Assembly: GCA_964057225.1 (NCBI GenBank) | Contig: OZ059894.1 | Coordinates: forward strand, 5,456,001 to 5,520,000 | Length of the DNA: 64,000 bases | Direction of reading: 5' to 3' | Origin: Auanema rhodensis | Lineage: Eukaryota; Animalia; Nematoda | Shown here: positions 1-15,000 of the stretch, in pieces | Numbering within the stretch: position 1 is the first letter of the stretch | Layout: each line of letters starts with the position of its first letter | Made by a program: the position numbers and the translations under genes | Notes under the pieces: model-generated | The model's input: only the letters and a program-made list of their open reading frames with translations | The model's database searches: none | Told to the model about the DNA's origin: nothing

Positions 1-3000
1 TGCACCGAGATATCAACTGATATAAGTTCACACATATATCCTCGATTTTCACCCTGAAGAATTAATTTTTTCGTTGAATAACATTGTCCATCGTCTTCGC
101 CTTGAAAAAAAAATCTAAAAACATCTACTTTTTGTGAAATTATTTTGAAATTTTTCAGGAAAATTTTTGTCAAAATGTTTTTGGAAGCAATGTTGAGTGT
201 ACATGGAAACTCAACATACACTAATGCATCATTTTTCAAACGATCATAACTAATTTTTGTATTGGACGTTTCCCAATGTATTATAGTGTATTCGATGCGG
301 ATTTTTAAGCTGCGTCGATCTGTGTTATCAGATTTGCGCTAACTTAAAAATGCACCGAGATATCAACTGATATAGGTTCACACTTATATCTTCGATTTTC
401 ACCCTGAAGAATTAATTTTTTCGTTGAATAACATTGTCCATCGTCTTCGCCTCGAAAAAAAAATCTAAAAACATCTACTTTTTGTGAAATTATCTGGAAA
501 TTTTTCGGGAAAATTTTTGTCAAAATGTTTTTGGAAGCAATGTTGAGTGTACATGGAAACTCAACATACACTAATGCATCATTTTTCAAACGATCATAAC
601 TAATTTTTGTATTCAGCGTTTCTCAATGTAACATAGTGCATTCGATGCGGATTTTTAAGCTGCGTCGATCTGTGTTATCAGATTTGCGCTAACTTAAAAA
701 TGCACCGAGATATCAACTGATATAGGTTCACACTTATATCTTCGATTTTCACCCTGAAGAATTAATTTTTTCGTTGAATAACATTGTCCATCGTCTTCGC
801 CTTGAAAAAAAAATCTAAAAACATCTACTTTTTGTGAAATTATTTTGAAATTTTTCAGGAAAATTTTTGTCAAAATGTTTTTGGAAGCAATGTTGAGTGT
901 ACATGGAAACTCAACATACACTAATGCATCATTTTTCAAACGATCATAACTAATTTTTGTATTCAGCGTTTCTCAATGTAACATAGTGCATTCGATGCGG
1001 ATTTTTAAGCTGCGTCGATCTGTGTTATCAGATTTGCGCTAACTTAAAAATGCACCGAGATATCAACTGATATAAGTTCACACTTATATCTTCGATTTTC
1101 ACCCTGAAGAATTAATTTTTTCGTTGAATAACATTGTCCATCGTCTTCGCCTCGAAAAAAAATCTAAAAACATCTACTTTTTGTGAAATTATCTGGAAAT
1201 TTTTCGGGAAAATTTTTGTCAAAATGTTTTTGGAAGCAATGTTGAGTGTACATGGAAACTCAACATACACTAATGCATCATTTTTCAAACGATCATAACT
1301 AATTTTTGTATTGGACGTTTCCCAATGTATTATAGTGTATTCGATGCGGATTTTTAAGCTGCGTCGATCTGTGTTATCAGATTTGCGCTCACTTAAAAAT
1401 GCACCGAGATATCAACTGATATAAGTTCACACTTATATCTTCGATTTTCACCCTGAAGAATTAATTTTTTCGTTGAATAACATTGTCCATCGTCTTCGCC
1501 TCGAAAAAAAATCTAAAAACATCTACTTTTTGTGAAATTATCTGGAAATTTTTCGGGAAAATTTTTGTCAAAATGTTTTTGGAAGCAATGTTGAGTGTAC
1601 ATGGAAACTCAACATACACTAATGCATCATTTTTCAAACGATCATAACTAATTTTTGTATTGGACGTTTCCCAATGTATTATAGTGTATTCGATGCGGAT
1701 TTTTAAGCTGCGTCGATCTGTGTTATCAGATTTGCGCTCACTTAAAAATGCACCGAGATATCAACTGATATAAGTTCACACATATATCCTCGATTTTCAC
1801 CCTGAAGAATTAATTTTTTCGTTGAATAACATTGTCCATCGTCTTCGCCTTGAAAAAAGGAATCTAAAAACATCTACTTTTTGTAAAATTATTTTGAACT
1901 TTTCGGGAAAATTTTTGTCAAAATGTTTTTGGAAGCAATTTTGAGTGTACATGGAAACTCAACATACACTAATGCATCATTTTTCAAACGATCATAACTA
2001 ATTTTTGTATTGGACGTTTCCCAATGTATTATAGTGTATTCGATGCGGATTTTTAAGCTGCGTCGATCTGTGTTATCAGATTTGCGCTCACTTAAAAATG
2101 CACCGAGATATCAACTGATATAAGTTCACACATATATCCTCGATTTTCACCCTGAAGAATTAATTTTTTCGTTGAATAACATTGTCCATCGTCTTCGCCT
2201 TGAAAAAAGGAATCTAAAAACATCTACTTTTTGTAAAATTATTTTGAACTTTTCGGGAAAATTTTTGTCAAAATGTTTTTGGAAGCAATTTTGAGTGTAC
2301 ATGGAAACTCAACATACACTAATGCATCATTTTTCAAACGATCATAACTAATTTTTGTATTGGACGTTTCCCAATGTATTATAGTGTATTCGATGCGGAT
2401 TTTTAAGCTGCGTCGATCTGTGTTATCAGATTTGCGCTCACTTAAAAATGCACCGAGATATCAACTGATATAAGTTCACACATATATCCTCGATTTTCAC
2501 CCTGAAGAATTAATTTTTTCGTTGAATAACATTGTCCATCGTCTTCGCCTTGAAAAAAGGAATCTAAAAACATCTACTTTTTGTAAAATTATTTTGAACT
2601 TTTCGGGAAAATTTTTGTCAAAATGTTTTTGGAAGCAATTTTGAGTGTACATGGAAACTCAACATACACTAATGCATCATTTTTCAAACGATCATAACTA
2701 ATTTTTGTATTGGACGTTTCCCAATGTATTATAGTGTATTCGATGCGGATTTTTAAGCTGCGTCGATCTGTGTTATCAGATTTGCGCTCACTTAAAAATG
2801 CACCGAGATATCAACTGATATAAGTTCACACATATATCCTCGATTTTCACCCTGAAGAATTAATTTTTTCGTTGAATAACATTGTCCATCGTCTTCGCCT
2901 TGAAAAAAGGAATCTAAAAACATCTACTTTTTGTAAAATTATTTTGAACTTTTCGGGAAAATTTTTGTCAAAATGTTTTTGGAAGCAATTTTGAGTGTAC

Positions 3001-6000
3001 ATGGAAACTCAACATACACTAATGCATCATTTTTCAAACGATCATAACTAATTTTTGTATTGGACGTTTCCCAATGTATTATAGTGTATTCGATGCGGAT
3101 TTTTAAGCTGCGTCGATCTGTGTTATCAGATTTGCGCTCACTTAAAAATGCACCGAGATATCAACTGATATAGGTTCACACTTATATCCTCGATTTTCAC
3201 CCTGAGCAATTAATTTTTTCATTGAATAACATAGTCCATCGTCTTCGCCTTGAAAAAAAAATCTAAAAACATCTACTTTTTGTGAAATTATCTGGAAATT
3301 TTTCGGGAAAATTTTTGTCAAAAAGTTTTTGGAAGCAATTTTGAGTGTACATGGAAACTCAACATACACTTATGCATCATTTTTCAAACGATCATAACTA
3401 ATTTTTGTATTCAGCGTTTCTGAATGTCACATAATGTATTCGATGCGGATTTTTAAGCTGCGTCGATCTGTGTTATCAGATTTGCGCTCACTTAAAAATG
3501 CACCGAGATATCAACTGATATAAGTTCACACATATATCCTCGATTTTCACCCTGAAGAATTAATTTTTTCGTTGAATAACATTGTCCATCGTCTTCGCCT
3601 TGAAAAAAGGAATCTAAAAACATCTACTTTTTGTAAAATTATTTTGAACTTTTCGGGAAAATTTTTGTCAAAATGTTTTTGGAAGCAATTTTGAGTGTAC
3701 ATGGAAACTCAACATACACTAATGCATCATTTTTCAAACGATCATAACTAATTTTTGTATTGGACGTTTCCCAATGTATTATAGTGTATTCGATGCGGAT
3801 TTTTAAGCTGCGTCGATCTGTGTTATCAGATTTGCGCTCACTTAAAAATGCACCGAGATATCAACTGATATAAGTTCACACATATATCTTCGATTTTCAC
3901 CCTGAAGAATTAATTTTTTCGTTGAATACCATTGTCCATCGTCTTCGCCTTAAAAGAAAAATCTAAAAACATCTACTTTTTGTGAAATCATCTGGAAATT
4001 TTTCGGGAAAATTTTTGTCAAAAAGTTTTTGGAAGCAATTTTGAGTGTAATGGAAACTCGACATACACTAATGCATCATTTTTCAAACGATCATAACTAA
4101 TTTTTGTATTGGACGTTTCCCAATGTATTATAGTGTATTCGATGCGGATTTTTAAGCTGCGTCGATCTGTGTTATCAGATTTGCGCTCACTTAAAAATGC
4201 ACCGAGATATCAACTGATATAAGTTCACACATATATCTTCGATTTTCACCCTGAAGAATTAATTTTTTCGTTGAATACCATTGTCCATCGTCTTCGCCTT
4301 AAAAGAAAAATCTAAAAACATCTACTTTTTGTGAAATTATCTGGAAATTTTTCGGGAAAATTTTTGTCAAAAAGTTTTTGGAAGCAATTTTGAGTGTAAT
4401 GGAAACTCGACATACACTAATGCATCATTTTTCAAACGATCATAACTAATTTTTGTATTGGACGTTTCCCAATGTATTATAGTGTATTCGATGCGGATTT
4501 TTAAGCTGCGTCGATCTGTGTTATCAGATTTGCGCTAACTTAAAAATGCACCGAGATATCAACTGATATAGGTTCACACTTATATCTTCGATTTTCACCC
4601 TGAAGAATTAATTTTTTCGTTGAATAACATTGTCCATCGTCTTCGCCTCGAAAAAAAAATCTAAAAACATCTACTTTTTGTGAAATTATCTGGAAATTTT
4701 TCGGGAAAATTTTTGTCAAAATGTTTTTGGAAGCAATGTTGAGTGTACATGGAAACTCAACATACACTAATGCATCATTTTTCAAACGATCATAACTAAT
4801 TTTTGTATTCAGCGTTTCTCAATGTAACATAGTGCATTCGATGCGGATTTTTAAGCTGCGTCGATCTGTGTTATCAGATTTGCGCTAACTTAAAAATGCA
4901 CCGAGATATCAACTGATATAGGTTCACACATATATCTTCGATTTTCACCCTGAAGAATTAATTTTTTCGTTGAATAACATTGTCCATCGTCTTCGCCTCG
5001 AAAAAAAAATCTAAAAACATCTACTTTTTGTGAAATTATCTGGAAATTTTTCGGGAAAATTTTTGTCAAAATGTTTTTGGAAGCAATGTTGAGTGTACAT
5101 GGAAACTCAACATACACTAATGCATCATTTTTCAAACGATCATAACTAATTTTTGTATTGGACGTTTCCCAATGTATTATAGTGTATTCGATGCGGATTT
5201 TTAAGCTACGTCGATCTGTGTTATCAGATTTGCGCTAGCTTAAAAATGCACCGAGATATCAACTGATATAGGTTCACACATATATCTTCGATTTTCACCC
5301 TGAAGAATTAATTTTTTCGTTGAATAACATTGTCCATCGTCTTCGCCTCGAAAAAAAAATCTAAAAACATCTACTTTTTGTGAAATTATCTGGAAATTTT
5401 TCGGGAAAATTTTTGTCAAAATGTTTTTGGAAGCAATGTTGAGTGTACATGGAAACTCAACATACACTAATGCATCATTTTTCAAACGATCATAACTAAT
5501 TTTTGTATTCAGCGTTTCTCAATGTAACATAGTGCATTCGATGCGGATTTTTAAGCTGCGTCGATCTGTGTTATCAGATTTGCGCTAACTTAAAAATGCA
5601 CCGAGATATCAACTGATATAGGTTCACACTTATATCTTCGATTTTCACCCTGAAGAATTAATTTTTTCGTTGAATAACATTGTCCATCGTCTTCGCCTTG
5701 AAAAAAAAATCTAAAAACATCTACTTTTTGTGAAATTATTTTGAAATTTTTCAGGAAAATTTTTGTCAAAATGTTTTTGGAAGCAATGTTGAGTGTACAT
5801 GGAAACTCAACATACACTAATGCATCATTTTTCAAACGATCTTAACTAATTTTTGTATTCAGCGTTTCTCAATGTAACATAGTGCATTCGATGCGGATTT
5901 TTAAGCTGCGTCGATCTGTGTTATCAGATTTGCGCTAACTTAAAAATGCACCGAGATATCAACTGATATAAGTTCACACTTATATCTTCGATTTTCACCC

Positions 6001-9000
6001 TGAAGAATTAATTTTTTCGTTGAATAACATTGTCCATCGTCTTCGCCTCGAAAAAAAATCTAAAAACATCTACTTTTTGTGAAATTATCTGGAAATTTTT
6101 CGGGAAAATTTTTGTCAAAATGTTTTTGGAAGCAATGTTGAGTGTACATGGAAACTCAACATACACTAATGCATCATTTTTCAAACGATCATAACTAATT
6201 TTTGTATTGGACGTTTCCCAATGTATTATAGTGTATTCGATGCGGATTTTTAAGCTGCGTCGATCTGTGTTATCAGATTTGCGCTCACTTAAAAATGCAC
6301 CGAGATATCAACTGATATAAGTTCACACATATATCCTCGATTTTCACCCTGAAGAATTAATTTTTTCGTTGAATAACATTGTCCATCGTCTTCGCCTCGA
6401 AAAAAAATCTAGAAACATCTACTTTTTGTAAAATTATTTTGAACTTTTCGGGAAAATTTTTGTCAAAATGTTTTTGGAAGCAATTTTGAGTGTACATGGA
6501 AACTCAACATACACTAATGCATCATTTTTCAAACGATCATAACTAATTTTTGTATTGGACGTTTCCCAATGTATTATAGTGTATTCGATGCGGATTTTTA
6601 AGCTGCGCCGATCTGTGTTATCAGATTTGCGCTAGCTTAAAAATGCACCGAGATATCAACTGATATAAGTTCACACATATATCCTCGATTTTCACCCTGA
6701 AGAATTAATTTTTTCGTTGAATAACATTGTCCATCGTCTTCGCCTTGAAAAAAGGAATCTAAAAACATCTACTTTTTGTAAAATTATTTTGAACTTTTCG
6801 GGAAAATTTTTGTCAAAATGTTTTTGGAAGCAATTTTGAGTGTACATGGAAACTCAACATACACTAATGCATCATTTTTCAAACGATCATAACTAATTTT
6901 TGTATTCAGCGTTTCTCAATGTAACATAGTGCATTCGATGCGGATTTTTAAGCTGCGTCGATCTGTGTTATCAGATTTGCGCTAACTTAAAAATGCACCG
7001 AGATATCAACTGATATAAGTTCACACTTATATCTTCGATTTTCACCCTGAAGAATTAATTTTTTCGTTGAATAACATTGTCCATCGTCTTCGCCTCGAAA
7101 AAAAATCTAAAAACATCTACTTTTTGTGAAATTATCTGGAAATTTTTCGGGAAAATTTTTGTCAAAATGTTTTTGGAAGCAATGTTGAGTGTACATGGAA
7201 ACTCAACATACACTAATGCATCATTTTTCAAACGATCATAACTAATTTTTGTATTGGACGTTTCCCAATGTATTATAGTGTATTCGATGCGGATTTTTAA
7301 GCTGCGTCGATCTGTGTTATCAGATTTGCGCTCACTTAAAAATGCACCGAGATATCAACTGATATAAGTTCACACATATATCCTCGATTTTCACCCTGAA
7401 GAATTAATTTTTTCGTTGAATAACATTGTCCATCGTCTTCGCCTCGAAAAAAAATCTAAAAACATCTACTTTTTGTAAAATTATTTTGAACTTTTCGGGA
7501 AAATTTTTGTCAAAATGTTTTTGGAAGCAATTTTGAGTGTACATGGAAACTCAACATACACTAATGCATCATTTTTCAAACGATCATAACTAATTTTTGT
7601 ATTGGACGTTTCCCAATGTATTATAGTGTATTCGATGCGGATTTTTAAGCTGCGCCGATCTGTGTTATCAGATTTGCGCTAGCTTAAAAATGCACCGAGA
7701 TATCAACTGATATAAGTTCACACATATATCCTCGATTTTCACCCTGAAGAATTAATTTTTTCGTTGAATAACATTGTCCATCGTCTTCGCCTTGAAAAAA
7801 GGAATCTAAAAACATCTACTTTTTGTAAAATTATTTTGAACTTTTCGGGAAAATTTTTGTCAAAATGTTTTTGGAAGCAATTTTGAGTGTACATGGAAAC
7901 TCAACATACACTAATGCATCATTTTTCAAACGATCATAACTAATTTTTGTATTCAGCGTTTCTCAATGTAACATAGTGCATTCGATGCGGATTTTTAAGC
8001 TGCGTCGATCTGTGTTATCAGATTTGCGCTCACTTAAAAATGCACCGAGATATCAACTGATATAAGTTCACACATATATCCTCGATTTTCACCCTGAAGA
8101 ATTAATTTTTTCGTTGAATAACATTGTCCATCGTCTTCCCCTTGAAAAAAGGAATCTAAAAACATCTACTTTTTGTAAAATTATTTTGAACTTTTCGGGA
8201 AAATTTTTGTCAAAATGTTTTTGGAAGCAATTTTGAGTGTACATGGAAACTCAACATACACTAATGCATCATTTTTCAAACGATCATAACTAATTTTTGT
8301 ATTCAGCGTTTCTCAATGTAACATAGTGCATTCGATGCGGATTTTTAAGCTGCGTCGATCTGTGTTATCAGATTTGCGCTAACTTAAAAATGCACCGAGA
8401 TATCAACTGATATAAGTTCACACTTATATCTTCGATTTTCACCCTGAAGAATTAATTTTTTCGTTGAATAACATTGTCCATCGTCTTCGCCTCGAAAAAA
8501 AATCTAAAAACATCTACTTTTTGTGAAATTATCTGGAAATTTTTCGGGAAAATTTTTGTCAAAATGTTTTTGGAAGCAATGTTGAGTGTACATGGAAACT
8601 CAACATACACTAATGCATCATTTTTCAAACGATCATAACTAATTTTTGTATTGGACGTTTCCCAATGTATTATAGTGTATTCGATGCGGATTTTTAAGCT
8701 GCGTCGATCTGTGTTATCAGATTTGCGCTCACTTAAAAATGCACCGAGATATCAACTGATATAAGTTCACACATATATCCTCGATTTTCACCCTGAAGAA
8801 TTAATTTTTTCGTTGAATAACATTGTCCATCGTCTTCGCCTCGAAAAAAAATCTAAAAACATCTACTTTTTGTAAAATTATTTTGAACTTTTCGGGAAAA
8901 TTTTTGTCAAAATGTTTTTGGAAGCAATTTTGAGTGTACATGGAAACTCAACATACACTAATGCATCATTTTTCAAACGATCATAACTAATTTTTGTATT

Positions 9001-12000
9001 GGACGTTTCCCAATGTATTATAGTGTATTCGATGCGGATTTTTAAGCTGCGTCGATCTGTGTTATCAGATTTGCGCTCACTTAAAAATGCACCGAGATAT
9101 CAACTGATATAAGTTCACACATATATCCTCGATTTTCACCCTGAAGAATTAATTTTTTCGTTGAATAACATTGTCCATCGTCTTCGCCTCGAAAAAAAAT
9201 CTAAAAACATCTACTTTTTGTAAAATTATTTTGAACTTTTCGGGAAAATTTTTGTCAAAATGTTTTTGGAAGCAATTTTGAGTGTACATGGAAACTCAAC
9301 ATACACTAATGCATCATTTTTCAAACGATCATAACTAATTTTTGTATTGGACGTTTCCCAATGTATTATAGTGTATTCGATGCGGATTTTTAAGCTGCGT
9401 CGATCTGTGTTATCAGATTTGCGCTCACTTAAAAATGCACCGAGATATCAACTGATATAAGTTCACACATATATCCTCGATTTTCACCCTGAAGAATTAA
9501 TTTTTTCGTTGAATAACATTGTCCATCGTCTTCGCCTTGAAAAAAGGAATCTAAAAACATCTACTTTTTGTAAAATTATTTTGAACTTTTCGGGAAAATT
9601 TTTGTCAAAATGTTTTTGGAAGCAATTTTGAGTGTACATGGAAACTCAACATACACTAATGCATCATTTTTCAAACGATCATAACTAATTTTTGTATTGG
9701 ACGTTTCCCAATGTATTATAGTGTATTCGATGCGGATTTTTAAGCTGCGTCGATCTGTGTTATCAGATTTGCGCTCACTTAAAAATGCACCGAGATATCA
9801 ACTGATATAAGTTCACACATATATCCTCGATTTTCACCCTGAAGAATTAATTTTTTCGTTGAATAACATTGTCCATCGTCTTCGCCTTGAAAAAAGGAAT
9901 CTAAAAACATCTACTTTTTGTAAAATTATTTTGAACTTTTCGGGAAAATTTTTGTCAAAATGTTTTTGGAAGCAATTTTGAGTGTACATGGAAACTCAAC
10001 ATACACTAATGCATCATTTTTCAAACGATCATAACTAATTTTTGTATTGGACGTTTCCCAATGTATTATAGTGTATTCGATGCGGATTTTTAAGCTGCGT
10101 CGATCTGTGTTATCAGATTTGCGCTCACTTAAAAATGCACCGAGATATCAACTGATATAAGTTCACACATATATCCTCGATTTTCACCCTGAAGAATTAA
10201 TTTTTTCGTTGAATAACATTGTCCATCGTCTTCGCCTTGAAAAAAGGAATCTAAAAACATCTACTTTTTGTAAAATTATTTTGAACTTTTCGGGAAAATT
10301 TTTGTCAAAATGTTTTTGGAAGCAATTTTGAGTGTACATGGAAACTCAACATACACTAATGCATCATTTTTCAAACGATCATAACTAATTTTTGTATTGG
10401 ACGTTTCCCAATGTATTATAGTGTATTCGATGCGGATTTTTAAGCTGCGTCGATCTGTGTTATCAGATTTGCGCTCACTTAAAAATGCACCGAGATATCA
10501 ACTGATATAAGTTCACACATATATCCTCGATTTTCACCCTGAAGAATTAATTTTTTCGTTGAATAACATTGTCCATCGTCTTCGCCTTGAAAAAAGGAAT
10601 CTAAAAACATCTACTTTTTGTAAAATTATTTTGAACTTTTCGGGAAAATTTTTGTCAAAATGTTTTTGGAAGCAATTTTGAGTGTACATGGAAACTCAAC
10701 ATACACTAATGCATCATTTTTCAAACGATCATAACTAATTTTTGTATTGGACGTTTCCCAATGTATTATAGTGTATTCGATGCGGATTTTTAAGCTGCGT
10801 CGATCTGTGTTATCAGATTTGCGCTCACTTAAAAATGCACCGAGATATCAACTGATATAAGTTCACACATATATCTTCGATTTTCACCCTGAAGAATTAA
10901 TTTTTTCGTTGAATACCATTGTCCATCGTCTTCGCCTTAAAAGAAAAATCTAAAAACATCTACTTTTTGTGAAATCATCTGGAAATTTTTCGGGAAAATT
11001 TTTGTCAAAAAGTTTTTGGAAGCAATTTTGAGTGTAATGGAAACTCGACATACACTAATGCATCATTTTTCAAACGATCATAACTAATTTTTGTATTGGA
11101 CGTTTCCCAATGTATTATAGTGTATTCGATGCGGATTTTTAAGCTGCGTCGATCTGTGTTATCAGATTTGCGCTCACTTAAAAATGCACCGAGATATCAA
11201 CTGATATAAGTTCACACATATATCTTCGATTTTCACCCTGAAGAATTAATTTTTTCGTTGAATACCATTGTCCATCGTCTTCGCCTTAAAAGAAAAATCT
11301 AAAAACATCTACTTTTTGTGAAATTATCTGGAAATTTTTCGGGAAAATTTTTGTCAAAAAGTTTTTGGAAGCAATTTTGAGTGTAATGGAAACTCGACAT
11401 ACACTAATGCATCATTTTTCAAACGATCATAACTAATTTTTGTATTGGACGTTTCCCAATGTATTATAGTGTATTCGATGCGGATTTTTAAGCTGCGTCG
11501 ATCTGTGTTATCAGATTTGCGCTAACTTAAAAATGCACCGAGATATCAACTGATATAGGTTCACACTTATATCTTCGATTTTCACCCTGAAGAATTAATT
11601 TTTTCGTTGAATAACATTGTCCATCGTCTTCGCCTCGAAAAAAAAATCTAAAAACATCTACTTTTTGTGAAATTATCTGGAAATTTTTCGGGAAAATTTT
11701 TGTCAAAATGTTTTTGGAAGCAATGTTGAGTGTACATGGAAACTCAACATACACTAATGCATCATTTTTCAAACGATCATAACTAATTTTTGTATTGGAC
11801 GTTTCCCAATGTATTATAGTGTATTCGATGCGGATTTTTAAGCTACGTCGATCTGTGTTATCAGATTTGCGCTAGCTTAAAAATGCACCGAGATATCAAC
11901 TGATATAGGTTCACACATATATCTTCGATTTTCACCCTGAAGAATTAATTTTTTCGTTGAATAACATTGTCCATCGTCTTCGCCTCGAAAAAAAAATCTA

Positions 12001-15000
12001 AAAACATCTACTTTTTGTGAAATTATCTGGAAATTTTTCGGGAAAATTTTTGTCAAAATGTTTTTGGAAGCAATGTTGAGTGTACATGGAAACTCAACAT
12101 ACACTAATGCATCATTTTTCAAACGATCATAACTAATTTTTGTATTCAGCGTTTCTCAATGTAACATAGTGCATTCGATGCGGATTTTTAAGCTGCGTCG
12201 ATCTGTGTTATCAGATTTGCGCTAACTTAAAAATGCACCGAGATATCAACTGATATAGGTTCACACTTATATCTTCGATTTTCACCCTGAAGAATTAATT
12301 TTTTCGTTGAATAACATTGTCCATCGTCTTCGCCTTGAAAAAAAAATCTAAAAACATCTACTTTTTGTGAAATTATTTTGAAATTTTTCAGGAAAATTTT
12401 TGTCAAAATGTTTTTGGAAGCAATGTTGAGTGTACATGGAAACTCAACATACACTAATGCATCATTTTTCAAACGATCTTAACTAATTTTTGTATTCAGC
12501 GTTTCTCAATGTAACATAGTGCATTCGATGCGGATTTTTAAGCTGCGTCGATCTGTGTTATCAGATTTGCGCTAACTTAAAAATGCACCGAGATATCAAC
12601 TGATATAAGTTCACACTTATATCTTCGATTTTCACCCTGAAGAATTAATTTTTTCGTTGAATAACATTGTCCATCGTCTTCGCCTCGAAAAAAAATCTAA
12701 AAACATCTACTTTTTGTGAAATTATCTGGAAATTTTTCGGGAAAATTTTTGTCAAAATGTTTTTGGAAGCAATGTTGAGTGTACATGGAAACTCAACATA
12801 CACTAATGCATCATTTTTCAAACGATCATAACTAATTTTTGTATTGGACGTTTCCCAATGTATTATAGTGTATTCGATGCGGATTTTTAAGCTGCGTCGA
12901 TCTGTGTTATCAGATTTGCGCTCACTTAAAAATGCACCGAGATATCAACTGATATAAGTTCACACATATATCCTCGATTTTCACCCTGAAGAATTAATTT
13001 TTTCGTTGAATAACATTGTCCATCGTCTTCGCCTCGAAAAAAAATCTAAAAACATCTACTTTTTGTAAAATTATTTTGAACTTTTCGGGAAAATTTTTGT
13101 CAAAATGTTTTTGGAAGCAATTTTGAGTGTACATGGAAACTCAACATACACTAATGCATCATTTTTCAAACGATCATAACTAATTTTTGTATTGGACGTT
13201 TCCCAATGTATTATAGTGTATTCGATGCGGATTTTTAAGCTGCGCCGATCTGTGTTATCAGATTTGCGCTAGCTTAAAAATGCACCGAGATATCAACTGA
13301 TATAAGTTCACACATATATCTTCGATTTTCACCCTGAAGAATTAATTTTTTCGTTGAATACCATTGTCCATCGTCTTCGCCTTAAAAGAAAAATCTAAAA
13401 ACATCTACTTTTTGTGAAATTATCTGGAAATTTTTCGGGAAAATTTTTGTCAAAAAGTTTTTGGAAGCAATTTTGAGTGTACATGGAAACTCAACATACA
13501 CTAATGCATCATTTTTCAAACGATCATAACTAATTTTTGTATTAAGCGTTTCTCAATGTGACGTAGTGCATTCGATGCGGAATTTTAAGCTGCGTCGATT
13601 TGTGTTATCAGATGTGCGCTAACTTAAGAATGCACCGAGATATCAACTGATATAAGTTCACACATATATCCTCGATTTTCACCCTGAAGAATTAATTTTT
13701 TCGTTGAATAACATTGTCCATCGTCTTCGCCTTAAAAGAAAAATCTAAAAACATCTACTTTTTGTGAAATTATCTGGAAATTTTTCGGGAAAATTTTTGT
13801 CAAAATGTTTTTGGAAGCAATGTTGAGTGTACATGGAAACTCAACATACACTAATGCATCATTTTTCAAACGATCATAACTAATTTTTGTATTGGACGTT
13901 TCCCAATGTATTATAGTGTATTCGATGCGGATTTTTAAGCTACGTCGATCTGTGTTATCAGATTTGCGCTAGCTTAAAAATGCACCGAGATATCAACTGA
14001 TATAGGTTCACACATATATCTTCGATTTTCACCCTGAAGAATTAATTTTTTCGTTGAATAACATTGTCCATCGTCTTCGCCTCGAAAAAAAAATCTAAAA
14101 ACATCTACTTTTTGTGAAATTATCTGGAAATTTTTCGGGAAAATTTTTGTCAAAATGTTTTTGGAAGCAATGTTGAGTGTACATGGAAACTCAACATACA
14201 CTAATGCATCATTTTTCAAACGATCATAACTAATTTTTGTATTCAGCGTTTCTCAATGTAACATAGTGCATTCGATGCGGATTTTTAAGCTGCGTCGATC
14301 TGTGTTATCAGATTTGCGCTAACTTAAAAATGCACCGAGATATCAACTGATATAGGTTCACACTTATATCTTCGATTTTCACCCTGAAGAATTAATTTTT
14401 TCGTTGAATAACATTGTCCATCGTCTTCGCCTTGAAAAAAAAATCTAAAAACATCTACTTTTTGTGAAATTATTTTGAAATTTTTCAGGAAAATTTTTGT
14501 CAAAATGTTTTTGGAAGCAATGTTGAGTGTACATGGAAACTCAACATACACTAATGCATCATTTTTCAAACGATCTTAACTAATTTTTGTATTCAGCGTT
14601 TCTCAATGTAACATAGTGCATTCGATGCGGATTTTTAAGCTGCGTCGATCTGTGTTATCAGATTTGCGCTAACTTAAAAATGCACCGAGATATCAACTGA
14701 TATAAGTTCACACTTATATCTTCGATTTTCACCCTGAAGAATTAATTTTTTCGTTGAATAACATTGTCCATCGTCTTCGCCTCGAAAAAAAATCTAAAAA
14801 CATCTACTTTTTGTGAAATTATCTGGAAATTTTTCGGGAAAATTTTTGTCAAAATGTTTTTGGAAGCAATGTTGAGTGTACATGGAAACTCAACATACAC
14901 TAATGCATCATTTTTCAAACGATCATAACTAATTTTTGTATTGGACGTTTCCCAATGTATTATAGTGTATTCGATGCGGATTTTTAAGCTGCGTCGATCT

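Noticed and set aside
69-86. CENP-B box (TTCGTTGAA resembles TTCGTTGGAA)
   Set aside because: The essential CGGG half of NTTCGNNNNANNCGGGN is absent (ACAT instead).
1-350. Monomer as a diverged 2 x 175-bp dimer, or as a 5S/tRNA/snRNA gene repeat
   Set aside because: No similarity between the halves by eye, and no recognisable structural RNA sequence or Pol III boxes. An Rfam search was not possible.
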